From: Octopus sinensis
Lineage: Eukaryota
Length of the DNA stretch: 64,000 bases
Assembly: GCF_006345805.1 (NCBI RefSeq)
Contig: NC_042997.1
Coordinates: forward strand, 130,014,001 to 130,078,000
Reading direction: 5' to 3'
In this document: in pieces, positions 11,251-23,354 of the stretch
Layout of the letters: each line of letters starts with the position of its first letter
How positions within the stretch are numbered: position 1 is the first letter of the stretch
Made by a program: the position numbers and the translations under genes
Notes under the pieces: generated by a model
What the model was told of the DNA's origin: nothing
The model's database searches: none
Seen by the model: only the letters and a program-made list of their open reading frames with translations

Positions 11251-11532
11251 GATAAACTAGAGCTATCTACAAATTATAATCCATTAATAATCATCTTCTA
11301 TTCAGATATAATTTAACTAGAAATACCAAAAAAGTATTTTATTTTAAAAATATAGAGAAGACCTAAATTAAGTTTATTCACCTATCTGAGAGTTTAGTAT
11401 AATAGATTATCAAATTTTATTAGTGGAAAAATACAATCTGCCAACAATTCATAAACATTTCGTCACATGCTAGAAATTAAAGAGGGTTGACTTATTTGAA
11501 ATATGCTTTATATCGTTAAAATTACTAATCTC

Positions 11533-11750
11533 TAAGGCAGCAAGCTGAAAGAATCATTAGCAAGCTGGTCAAAGTGCTGAGTGGCATTTCATCAATCTTC
11601 ACATTCTTAGTTCAAATGCCACCAAGGTTGACTTTGCCTTTCATCCTTTCAGGGTTGATAAAATAAGTACCTGTTGAACACTGGGTTTGATGTAATTGAC
11701 CTATCCCCTTCCACGAAATTGCTGAACTTGAGCCAAAGTTTGAAATCAAT
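11533..11750 (+). mobile_element. OK-like tRNA SINE with Nin/Deu-like domain
   Basis: GGCAGCAAGCTG head; GACTTTGCCTTTCATCCTTTCAGGGTTGATAAAATAAGTACC core. Confidence 0.75.
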
Positions 11751-11899
11751 ATTACTCATCTTTGATTGCAGTATAAACCTTACATTAATGATCTACCTCT
11801 GATTTTTCACAATAAAAGTTTAACACTTGAAATATTTGTTTGTCATACTTCATTGATAATAAAAATATTTTTAAAATGAGTTTCAAATACCATACATTC

Positions 11900-12315
11900 A
11901 TCATATCATTATCATCATCATTTAATGTCTGCTTTCCATGCTAGCATGGTTTGGATGATTTGACTAAGGACTGGTGAACCAGATGGCTGCACCAGGCTCC
12001 AATCTTGATCTGGCAGAGTTTCTACAGTTGGATGCCCTTCCTAATGCCAACCACTCTGAAAGTGTAGTGGGTGCTTTTATGTGCCACCGGCACGAGGGCC
12101 AGTCAGGTGGTACTAGCAACGGCCATGCTCAAATGGTGTTTTTTACGTGCCACCTGCACAGGAGCCAGTCCAGCGGCACTGGCAACAACCTCGCTTGAAT
12201 GTTTTTTTCATGTTCCACTGGCACACAAGTGCCAGTAAGGCGATGCTGGTAAAGATTATGCTTGAATGGTGCTTTTTATGTGCCACCAGCATGGAAGCCA
12301 GTTAGCCGCTCAGGC
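11900..12315 (-). mobile_element. RTE 3' UTR fragment with ~60-bp array and tail
   Basis: GGATGCCCTTCCTAATGCCAACCAC, repeated GTGCCACC(G)GCAC units, (CAT)n end. Confidence 0.85.
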
Positions 12316-12499
12316 ATTATTTTTAGTATTTGAAATAGGCTATCATTCATATTAAATACATTTTTCAAATGAACACATCATATAAACCTTCTTTTAACTC
12401 TGCTAAACTATGAGATTACAATACTATTTTCCTGAGTGTATGATTGGAGGTCAATGAAGGCTCAATAAATCTGAGATGTGGTCGACTAATTTAAAGTTT

Positions 12500-13700
12500 A
12501 AGAACCTCCGATCTCAGCCCTTTCGTTTCTTTTTCTCTTATCTCATCAAAAACCCTCCCTTCTCAACTGTCTCCTATTAAAATCTAAATTTTCTCATTTG
12601 CCTCTTTCTATCACATCTCTGCATCAAGACCTTCTCTACCTTTTTCCTGTTTTCTCTTTAATTCTTTCATCTTTTTCTATTCATCTCCACATCTAGGTCA
12701 CTAATCTTCCTGTCTCACCTTTACATCTAGACTCTTTCAAGGCACTTCTTGTATTATTCTCTACAGCTAGGCTCTTTTTATCTTCTAACTTTCTCATTTC
12801 TATGCCTTGATTTTTCTCTAGTTTCTTTATGTACTATCTCTACATCTTGACTCTCTTTAGCTTCTTCCAGTTTCATCTCTACAGTTAGACCTTCCCTTAT
12901 TTTTCTTACCTAATCTTAATATCTCAGACCACTCCAGATCTTTCCTGTCCCATATCTACTGCTAGGTTCTGTCTAGCTTCATCACTAACCTAGATTTTCT
13001 CAAGCCTTTCCAGTCTCACCTCTATATCTTTCTCTCACTTTATATTCTTCTTGCTTTATATCTCAGCTCTCTCTATTCTTCCCCAACCTCTTCCTATGTC
13101 ATCTCTACAATCAGGTCATCTGTAGCTTCTTGCTGCATACCTATTTCTTTACTACCCACAAGGGGCTAAACATAGAGGGGACAAGCAAGGACAGACAAAG
13201 GTATTAAGTCGATTATTTCGACCCCAGGGCGTAGCTGGTACTTAATTTATCGACCTCGAAAAGATGAAAGGCAAAGTTGACCTTGGCGGAATTCGAACTC
13301 ACAACATAACGGCAGACGAAATACTGCTAAGCATTTTGCCTGGTGTGCTAACGTTTCTGCCAGCTCGCCGCCTTAGCTCTTGCTGTATACCTACTTCTAA
13401 GACCTCTTTAGGTTCTTATCACTTCCAGTCTCTTCTCTATGCCTAGTACTTCCTTGCCTTTTCTTATCACTACATCTAGACCCTCCTTAGCTTCTTTTCA
13501 TGTCATAACTACCACTAGGTTCTCTCTAGCTTTTCCATAACTCATTTATAACATATGGATCTATTTTTAGTCCCTTCTTAACTTGTATTAGCATCTAGGC
13601 TCCCTTAAGACTGTTCTTGCTTCTTTTTGCCTCATCTCTACATCTAGACTTTCTCTAGCCTCTTCACGTCTTATCTGTACTTTTTGTTCCTCCAACCATC
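12500..13700. repeat. Cryptic, highly diverged 39-bp tandem repeat (~24 units), interrupted by a SINE
   Basis: Exact 39-bp units at 13466-13504, 13505-13543 and 13634-13672; consensus about ATCTCTACATCTAGACTTTCTCTAGCTTCTTC+7 nt. Confidence 0.8.
13141..13372 (-). mobile_element. OK-like SINE, full length, ~19-bp TSD
   Basis: GGCGGCGAGCTGGCAGAAACG head; TSD TAGCTTCTTGCTGCATACC / TAGCTCTTGCTGTATACC. Confidence 0.88.
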
Positions 13701-13949
13701 CTGTCTCTTCCTTTTCCACACCCATAATTTCATACATCCTCCATCATAATTTTGTACATCCTCCCTCACCAATGACATCTGACAATCTCTCAGGCAAAAA
13801 CAACTTATGTTTTTCATTCTCTCATAATTGAAACTCAATATTCGGAGGAATCAATACAGTACACAGCTGCTACCGAAATGTGTTTTAGATGAATTTCTGT
13901 ATAGATTCTTAGGGAAGATAAATGTGTTACTATATTTACAATCATGATA

Positions 13950-14235
13950 TATATAGGCATGTGTGTGCATGCACAGTTGTGTGTGTGTATATATATATAT
14001 ATATAGCACACACATACATAAATACATACATACATGCATGCATGCATACATACATACATTACATACATACATATATACATACATATATATAGCACACACA
14101 CACACACATACATACATACATACATACATATATACATACATATATATATAGTACACACACACATACATACATACATACATACATACATACATACATACAT
14201 ACATACATACATACATACATACATGTGTATATATA
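13950..14235. repeat. (TACA)n/(TA)n/(CA)n compound microsatellite
   Basis: Direct reading. Confidence 0.95.
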
Positions 14236-14599
14236 CTACAGAATGTATGGAATTGAGTTTCTTTTTCTTTTTTGTCCTTAAAAAATTCAAAGTAAATGGA
14301 AGTTATTGTTTCTAAGAAAGAACAACCAAGAAAAAAATAATAAGAGGAATAAGAAAATATACTCTACAATATGCAAATGTTATTTATTTTCTCTTACACT
14401 TATTACTAAAAATGTCCTTAATTATAGCATTTTTGGTCAAAATTCTTGAATGTTCTTCAAACATATTGTAATGACTTCATACTTTTTTTGAGAGCAATAT
14501 AATATTGAGTGTGAACAAATTACAGAAAAACTCTGGTGGGAAATCAATGACATCTGGAAGCTGTGAATCCACAAGTGTGTATTTGCACATGTGTTCTGA

Positions 14600-14735
14600 T
14601 AGAAGATACTTGCTTAAGGTTCAGTCAACACAGCAGCATCTTGGGCAACCATCTTCTAATATAGCCCCTTGTAGACCAAAGCTTTGTGAATGGACTTTGT
14701 TGGCAGAAACTGAAAGAAAGCCATTACATGTGTGC

Positions 14736-14774
<39 letters not shown>

Positions 14775-15900
14775 TGCATGCACACATGTGTGTTTACATG
14801 TATATATGCACTTGTGTGTGCTTGTGTGTATGTGCATGTATGAGCAAGTGTGTGTGTATGCATATATATGTGTGTGTGTACATGTACATGAATATATATG
14901 TGTATGTGCATACCTGAACGTATGTATGTGTATGTACGTGTACATCTGTGTGTGTGTGTCTATGCATATGTGCTTGTGTGTGCATGAGTGTGTGTGCGTG
15001 TAAACATGTGTTTACATGTATATATGCAATTGTGTGTGCTTGTGTGTATGTGCATGTACGAGCGAATGTGTGTGTATACATACATGTGTGTGTGTATGCA
15101 TGTGTGTGTGTGTATGTGCATGAATGTACATGCGTATGTGCATACTTGAACGTTTGTATGTGTATGTACGTGTACATCTGTGTGTGTGTGCATGCATATG
15201 TGTTTGTGTGTGCATGTGTGTGTGTGTAAACATGTGTTTACATGTATATATGCACTTGTGTGTGCTTGTGTGTATGTGCATGTATGAGCGAGTGTGTGTG
15301 TATACATATATGTGTGTGTGTATGCATGTGTGTGTGTGTATGTGCATGAGTGTATATGTGTATGTGCATACCTGAACGTATGTATGTGTATGTACGTGTA
15401 CATTTGTGTGTGTGTGTGTGTGTATGCACATGAGTGTATATGTGTATGTGCATACCCGAACATATGCATGTGTATGTACGTGTACATCTGTGTGTGTGTG
15501 TGTATATGCATATGTGTTTGTGTGTGCATGTGTGTGTGTGTACATGTTACCTTGTCTTAACATCATATGGTAATTGTAAACAAACTTCACCATCATACAG
15601 GCAGTGTCATTTCTTGGCAATCTTCTGTGAAAACACACCCAGTCATTGTGCTGATCATGTCAAAAGAAGTAAGGGAAATATTACCTAGTATGGAAACAGA
15701 AGAAAATTGGTGGCTGGAAGATTATCTGGATGTAGAAAATTGTAGAAAATCTGCCTCAAAAAAATTTCATCAGACCCATTGCATCCAAGCCAAATGACAC
15801 ATACAAGCACCATTTTATAGGAATAGCAGGTCTCAATAAGAAATGATTTGTCCAACTTATGCTAGCAAGGAAAGCAGACATAAATAGTGGTAGTGGTGGC
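14600..15900 (+). mobile_element. Degenerate OR-like SINE whose internal microsatellite has expanded to ~0.8 kb
   Basis: Head/CORE 14600-14725 (GGTTCAGTC, CTTGGGCAACC, GAAACTGAAAGAAAGCC); alternative tail 15545-15900 (GAAAATCTGCCTCA). Confidence 0.6.
14785..15545. repeat. Higher-order ~220-bp tandem repeat built from TG/TA microsatellite
   Basis: CATGTGTTTACATGTATATATGCA recurs at ~14785, 15005 and 15231; TGAACGTATGTATGTGTATGTACGTGTACAT-like motif recurs four times. Confidence 0.88.
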
Positions 15901-16029
15901 GGTAGCGGTGGTGGTGGCAGTGGTGGCGGTGATGGCAGTGGTGGTGGTCGTGGTTGTTGTCGTGTCATCTTCGTGGTCATCGTCATCATTGTCATCATCA
16001 TCAAGTGAGACTCAAGATGTCATGGGGAA

Positions 16030-16980
16030 GAGGTGTGTTTGAGATTTAATGTCCTTTGGAACACTTGTATACCAATGATCTAATTCTTATAGATGATTCA
16101 ATCGAAGATTTAGAAAAGAAATTCCAACTGTGGAAGCAAAAACCTAGAATTGAGAATCCTCAAAGGAAATCTAACAAAGACAAAAGTTTTAATTAGCAGA
16201 AAAGGTGACAGAACTCCAAGATAGAACTTCTCAGATAAAAGTAACTGTGCTTTACATGGGAGAAAGGAGCAGATGGAAATTCTATTCAGTGTGCTTTACA
16301 TAAACTATAGATGCACAGGTGGGGGTGACAGAAAAGAAGATTTCAAATGCAGTAGATACACATGAGTAATTACTTGTAAGAGTTCCTATGAAAGACATTC
16401 TTCCAAATGTTTGGGGCAGTAGGGTGCTCCCTAGATGTAGTTCACAGCTTTTGTTAACTGTGGAGGGATTTTTCCAAAGATAACACAGTAAGAATAAGAA
16501 CAGAGTAGTAAAGGTTTATGAAGCATGTGCCTCAACTGGCAGCCAAAAGATTTTCTCTCTGAGTGAAGGGCAAACAGTACAATGCTTTTATGAAAAGCAA
16601 GCATCGTACTCTTTGCATGGTAATGAGCTTTGGGCATTGAATTCAGAAGTGTGTAAAGACTAGGGTAAAAAAATGAAGCCAACATGTTCTGCTGGATGTA
16701 TAATGTTAGTGTGCAGAAACAACAGAACGCATATGAGCTGATGGGAATTAGAAGCAGTGTGCAAAATAAAAGAGAAAACTATGCTTGTATTGGCATGCTG
16801 TGTGAATGGAGGCTGACAACTAGATAATGAAAAGTATAGTGATGATTCAAATGGAAGGAACTTGTGGTAGAAGTAAACCAACAAAGACATGGGAACAACT
16901 AGTGAAAGATAAATTAAAAAAAGCTGAACATCATGAAGGAAATGATATAAGAACACAAGTGGCAAGACACTGAAGAAGAT
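16030..16980 (+). pseudogene. Old RTE RT C-terminal fragment (PHD-RTE family)
   Basis: LYTNDLILI (YADD-like), FQLWKQNLE, NLTKTKVLISRK, EGTCGRSKPTKTW; many stops. Confidence 0.8.
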
Positions 16981-17009
16981 TTATCCAATTCAAGTAAACA
17001 TGGAGGAGT

Positions 17010-17019
17010 GAATGCAAGA

Positions 17020-17071
<52 letters not shown>

Positions 17072-17230
17072 CGACGACGATGATGATGACGATGACAGCA
17101 ATGATGATGCGATGATGGGGATGATGATGATAGGGGAGAAGAGAAGGAGGAAGGAAAGAAGATGAATGAAGAGGAGGTGAAGGAGGAGATTGATGACAAT
17201 GATGATGATGGCATGAATGAATCAAATATA
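17010..17230. repeat. (GAT)n/(GAC)n/(GAG)n microsatellite
   Basis: Direct reading. Confidence 0.9.
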
Positions 17231-18035
17231 AATGCTCATCCCTCCACACACACACACACACATATATGCACATACACACATGAACACACACACATGAACA
17301 CACACACATGCACATACACTGGAACACTCAGAGATCTCTACACACTCATGAAACACATAGATGTAGTGAGACCACTATATACACACTTTATACATACTTA
17401 TACATGTACATGCACACACACAAATACACACAGATATATATATATATACACTCATGGAACATATACAGATATACAACCAGAACTTCACATTGATACATTA
17501 TGTATACACTCGCACGTATTACACCATGGCAGTTATTCTGAATAAGAACGGATCTGGTCCATGATATCTCATCCAGCCCATGTGGGCATGGAAAACACAT
17601 GTAAAATATTATGACAATGATGATGATGAAATCTGAATGAAATCAGAACCATTACTCATTCTGTTCACTAGAGCCTTTCACTAAGAGGGTTTAGTGGTTA
17701 TTTCAACACTTAAAATGTAATTATGTAGCACCAGGGTAAGACTGAGGTTCTAGGATTACCTCCAGGAATGTAATAGTAGAGTAAGCGTTTGGAACAAGAT
17801 AGAACTAAGTATTCAGGCAGTTTGACTAAAAATGGCTTGAAGGCTCCAAGTGTTCTGCAATAAGATAAAATAGAAATAATCTTAAATTTCATAATATGAT
17901 TACAAAAATTTATATATATAAATACATACATAAATATACATGTACATATATATGAGTATATAAGTATGTAAGTGTGCACATGTGAGTGTGGAGAGAGAGA
18001 AAGAGAGAGTGAGAGAGAGAGATGTACATGCATAT

Positions 18036-18068
<33 letters not shown>

Positions 18069-18554
18069 GTTTGTGTGTGAGTGTCCACATATAAACGTGT
18101 GTGTGTATGTGTGTGCATAAATGGTAGATGGGTGTACTAAGACTAGAGGATTCAATGTGTTATGTAGTGTGTATATTCCTAGATTAGTTGCTTATGAGTC
18201 TCACTGCCATTACTCTGAGTTTTATTGACATGTTTACAAGTCATTGAGTCTTCAGACACCTGTAGAGCATGAAGCTTTGGCTGCATTCAGCATGAAAGGT
18301 GATTCCATACTGGTTGCTGGTGGTCTGGACCCTCATTGGATATACCAAGTCATGTGATGGAATTCAGAGAGAACCACTGTATACAGTGCTCATTGATGCA
18401 GGAGAGAAAATTCAGTCAGGTTAAACTTTCATTAGTAAAGGAGATGGCCTTTTGATATGCCTTGAAATATTTTTCAAATTATTTGATGAGAAATGAGCCA
18501 GGATGAAAGTTTATAAGTGAGAACAGATGGAAATAATCTGAATTTCTGAATTTC

Positions 18555-18785
18555 TTGCTGGCAGAAATGTTAGCAAGCCAGGCGAAATGCTTAGTGGTAT
18601 TTCATCTGCCGTTACGTTCTGAGTTCAAATTCCGCCGAGGTCGACTTTGCCTTTCATCCTTTTGAGGTCGATAAATTAAGTACCAGTAACGCACTGGGGT
18701 CGATATAATCGACTTAATCCCTTTGTCTGCCCTTGTTTGTCCCCTCTATGTTTAGCCCCTTGTGGGCAATAAAGAAATAAGAAAT
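18555..18785 (+). mobile_element. OK-like SINE, near intact
   Basis: GGCAGAAATGTTAGC, GAGTTCAAATTCC B-box, Nin-like core, CCCCTTGTGGGCAATAAAGAAATA tail. Confidence 0.88.
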
Positions 18786-18989
18786 GACAAGCTTTTTAGG
18801 TCGGTCGAGCCAGCAGTTCATAGATACTCTGGTTTCTTGCAGGGCAGTTATGTTCTCGATCACTAAGATTTCAAATAAAATAAGACAAGGATATAGAGTT
18901 AACTTTGTTTGCACAGAATAATGAAAATGTTAAATATAACATCCTTTGAAATTGTTTGCAGTGAATTCCATATTATTTCATGGATAATA

Positions 18990-19250
18990 CCCTAATCACT
19001 GACCATTATGCTCATGATCATAAGGTCATAAGTTCAATTCCCATTGCTCCAGTCCACCAACCTGGCTAAAAAGATTTGTACATGTAATTCAAAGGGCCAG
19101 CCTTGTCACATTCTAGGTCATGCTGAATTGTTCCGAGAATGGCATTATGGATACATGTGTCTGCAGAGTACACAGCCACATGCATGTTAATTTCATGAGG
19201 GGGCTGTTCCATTGAACACTCATTGTCATATCCAAAGAAGTGCCAGTTAG
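18990..19250 (+). mobile_element. Degenerate tRNA-derived SINE, third family
   Basis: AAGTTCAATTCCC B-box; AGGGCCAGCCTTGTCACATTC; matches the reverse copy at 21265-21610. Confidence 0.6.
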
Positions 19251-19519
19251 TTTTAGTTACATTCTAGTAGAATGAACATGGCTCTGAATACCATGGCTTT
19301 AGAACGGCAATGTCTCCAGTGCACAAGAAACTCAATATTTGTAATTTCAGATGGATTCTTGGGGTATTGACAGTGCAAACCTTTGTATGTTGGTTTTTTT
19401 TTCAGTTGTGATGTGAAATACTACACATGAAATTTCTCCATTTCTCCTTCATTCAAATTTAAACTCTTTTACTAATAAAATTTCTATAAACCCATTTGTA
19501 AAAACAGTTTAATTCTTCG

Positions 19520-19720
19520 GACATCTCATCATCATAATTTAATGTCCACTTTCCATGCTGACATGGGTTGGATGGTTTGACATGGTGCTGGCTGGCTGGA
19601 AGTTGTTCAAACTCCAATTGTCTACTGTGGTATGGTTTCTATGGTCGGATGCCCTTCCTAATGCCAACCACTTAACAGTGTGTGCTGAGTGCTTTTTACA
19701 TGCCACTGGCTGGGCTATAA
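19520..19720 (-). mobile_element. RTE-type 3' tail
   Basis: TTCCATGCTGACATGGGTTGGATGG...GGATGCCCTTCCTAATGCCAACCAC. Confidence 0.8.
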
Positions 19721-20594
19721 CGGTAATTTGATCTAAGTTCCATACCTGTGAATCTGTAAAATTAAGCATTTGTAAATTTTTATCAGTGCATATGCACTTC
19801 AACAGGTTCTTCTGCTCTTGCTATTCACTTCTGGTACAAGAAATTTTGTCCACCCTATTGACATAAGGGTTTTCTATCTGGTTTATGGTTGTATGGTTGG
19901 TGTTAGAGATGGTATGTAATAATAAAGCAAACATATGTTCTTTCAGGTTGTGTTAATATCAAAATTTGCAGAGCAAACTTTGTGCATCGATAATAGCAGA
20001 CAGTGTTTATATTTAATGCAGAAAATGTATCAGTGTTGAAATTGTTCAAACAATAATTTACTTTTATGTGAAATAAGAAATTCAATATAACTGTGAATAG
20101 AGTATAGAAGAAGTCTAAAGAATACTCCCAAAGGGATTATACATGTTGCAATTTAACATATCATATAAATCCTCACACACAGCACAGTTTTTACATTCTC
20201 TTACTTATACCATCCAAACCAATGAAGAAACCTCTCCATGGTTGTTCTATCTGCTAGAAATAGCAGCCAAATTTCCTCAAATCCTATCCTAAGATATCAG
20301 GAAAGATACACTGGTAAATGTAGTCATGGATATACAAAACAGTTGGAATGGTCACGGCTGGAATCATTTCGATTGTGGAAGACTACTCAATCAGGACTGA
20401 TAGGGGTTTAAATAACAATTCTAGCTCCTGTGATTTTACAGTGAGTAGTGACAGCTCAGCCAGAAATTATTTATTGTCAAAGACAACCTGAGATTAACAT
20501 TGTATATTAACATACTTAAAGCGTTATGAATATTTACGAGATATTGAAATAAATTATAATAGGCTGTATCTATTAATATAATCATCAATAACAT

Positions 20595-21150
20595 TGTCAA
20601 CATTTATTTAACATCCGTATTCCATGTTGGTATGGGTTGGATGGTTCAACAGGCTCCAAACAGGCTGAAGGCTGTGTTGATCTCCAATGAATGCTTTGGC
20701 AAGTTTTCCATGTCTAGATGTCCTTGCTAATGCCAACCACTTTACAGAGTGTACAAGGTACTTTTTCCATAGCAGCAGTACTAGTAGGGCTACTAAGTAA
20801 CTCACATGAGTAGACTCCTTAACAGAGTCGGGGTGCAGTGTTGAGGAAGGTGGCTTTGTATCAGGTAATGAGAGCAGGGACAGGTACCTTGCTGTAGAGG
20901 AGATACATGGTGACCCCAGCAGGGAAGGGAAAAAAGGATAGTAGAAATGAGGTATTAAGATACAAAATGGTGGCTAGCGGGAGAGAAAAGGGTCAGTGAA
21001 TTGAGGATGTCTAAGTGGGTAGGTAGGTTCATGAGTGTGTGAAATGAGAGTAACAGACAGTAGAGATGAATACAGAAGTGAAAGCGGTGAACAGTGAACA
21101 TGAATGGAAGTGTAGGCAATGGTGAGTCACAGTTTGGAGGAATGTAATAG
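20595..21150 (-). mobile_element. RTE-type tail with extended UTR
   Basis: Tail motifs 20595-20790, then a purine-rich tract resembling the reverse of 24400-24780. Confidence 0.55.
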
Positions 21151-21264
21151 AAAATAGGAATGGATCCTGCACTTCAACAATTTAAGGTTCTCAGACTATT
21201 AATCACTTATATTTGTCCACTGCACTACCTTTTGCATCATTTCAACATCTGATGGACTTCAAAT

Positions 21265-21610
21265 GTTTTTCTTCTTCTTTCTCTGGCACTCCGTCAGTTA
21301 TGACGACAGGGGTTCCAGTTGACTTGATCAATGGAACAGCCTGCTCATGAAATTAATGTGAAATGGCTGAGAATTCCACAGATATGAGTATCCTTAATGT
21401 AGTTCTCAAGGAGATTCGGTGCGACACAGAATGTGACATGGCTGGTCCTTTAAAATACAGGTACTACTCATTTTTACCAGCTGAGTGAACTGGAGCAATA
21501 TCAAATAAAGAAATAAAGTGTCTTGCTCAAGGACAATGCATTGTCAGGAATTGAACTCACAGCTTTATGATCATAAGCTGAATATCCTAATCACTAAGCC
21601 ATGCACTTTC
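21265..21610 (-). mobile_element. tRNA-derived SINE, third family
   Basis: CTTGCTCAAGG, GGAATTGAACTC (B-box reverse), CTAATCACTAAGCCATGC (A-box reverse). Confidence 0.7.
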
Positions 21611-21744
21611 ACCCAGATGTTCTATATTTACATTATAAACAAATTCTTAAGCTAGGTTTGAACTCAAAAACCTTATCTCTACCCACAGGCAATATCTAAT
21701 ACTCTAACCACTAAACCACAATTCTACTGAAATACTTATTATTC

Positions 21745-22125
21745 TTTTACTCTTTTACTTGTTTCAGTCACGTGACTATGGCCATGCTGGAGCACCACTT
21801 TTAGTCGAGCAAATCGACCCCAGGACTTATTCTTTGTAAGCCTAGTACTTATTCTATCGTTCTCTTTTGCCAAACTGCTAAGTTACGGGGACATAAACAC
21901 ACCAGCATCAGTTGTCAAGTGATGCTGGAGGGACAAACACATACACACAAACATATACACACACACACATACACTACGGGCTTCTTTCAGTTTCCGTCTA
22001 CCAAATCCACTCACAAGGCTTTGGTCGACCCGAGTCTATAGTAGAAGACACTTGCCCAAGGTGCCCACTGAACCCAGAGCCATGTGGTTCATAAGCAAAG
22101 CTACTTACCACACACCCACTCCTAT
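21745..22125 (-). mobile_element. OR-like CORE SINE
   Basis: Tail, body and head all recognisable; short internal deletion near the head. Confidence 0.85.
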
Positions 22126-22334
22126 TCTATAATTTTTTTACTTGTTTTAGTCATTGGATTGTGGCCATGCTGGAACACTGCTTTGCATTCTGCACTTATT
22201 CTTTTAAGTCTAGTACTAAGTCCCTTGGAGTCTTTTGTCAAGCTGCTAAGTTATGGGAGATGCAAACAAACCAACATTGGTTGTCATGTCAAGTGAGGAC
22301 AAAGATCTGAACACATACACATGCATATACATAC

Positions 22335-22700
22335 ATGGAGCATAGACCATCAGCAACTTTTCTTCACTGTCCTTGACTCTGGGCTATCTCTCCAGTTGGA
22401 TACCTACTCTTTACAGCTTCCTTTCAGATTTTGCTGTAGTGCATCATGTTCCCTTAAGGATGGCCTTCTTCTCCCAGGTTTTGTTGGTTTTAAGTTATTA
22501 TCGATGCTTCTGTAACTTTGTTTCTTTCCAAATATGCAAATCCATTTCTACCTTTGGGAAGAGGTGGTCCAGATTAGTTTGACCTCTAACTTTTGATCTG
22601 TCCAATATGAAAGGCCTAACCAGGAGCTTGGACTCCATTGGCATAGCTTTCAGGGTCACTGAGGAACATAAGCCACCTCAAGGACTGAACTTTGTGGTCG
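22335..22700 (-). mobile_element. Short bipartite RTE derivative, second copy
   Basis: Same order of RTE 5'-like block (GGCATAGCTTTCAGGGTCACTGAGG) and C-terminal block (GCATAGACCATCAGCAAC) as 5075-5450. Confidence 0.55.
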
Positions 22701-23236
22701 TATAGCAAACACAAAATCCTCTAAGAATGAGAAATTCTAGTATATAAGATGTCATAGTAATTATTCTAAACCAAGAAATACAAGCAATTAGTTTAATTAT
22801 TTAGAATACATTAAGAAGGAAAGAATATTTACAATTAAAAAAAAATCTCTAAATCATTAATTCCTGACATTTAAGCTTGTCTTACATATAGACAGAATAC
22901 TTTGGCTATACAATCTTCTACACAGTTAATATTGCATAGAATCATGTCACCTGATAATATTTCAGGAAAGGAAACTAGATTAGTAAAGTGGACATAAAAC
23001 TGTGTTCACACACATAAATATGCATGGTTTTTTATTCATTTATTTGCTTCAGTCATTTGACTGTAACCATGCTGGAGCACTGCATTTAGTCAAACAAATC
23101 AACCCTAGGACTTTATTCTTTGCAAGTCTAGTACTTATTCTATAGGTCTCTTTTGCCGAACTGCTAAGTTATGGGGATGTAAACACACTAACACCAGTTG
23201 TTAAGGGATGGTGGGGAGGACAAACACAGACACACA

Positions 23237-23239
<3 letters not shown>

Positions 23240-23304
<65 letters not shown>

Positions 23305-23352
23305 TATATATATTATATATATATATATATATTATATATATATATATATATA
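23240..23352. repeat. (TA)n microsatellite
   Basis: Direct reading. Confidence 0.95.
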
Positions 23353-23354
23353 CA

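Noticed and set aside
18296-18424. Hydrophobic stretch + YTVLIDAG resembling apyrase (ENTPD) ACR1
   Set aside because: Lacks the GS(S/T)G continuation, no donor at that point, in-frame stop immediately upstream and no suitable start or acceptor
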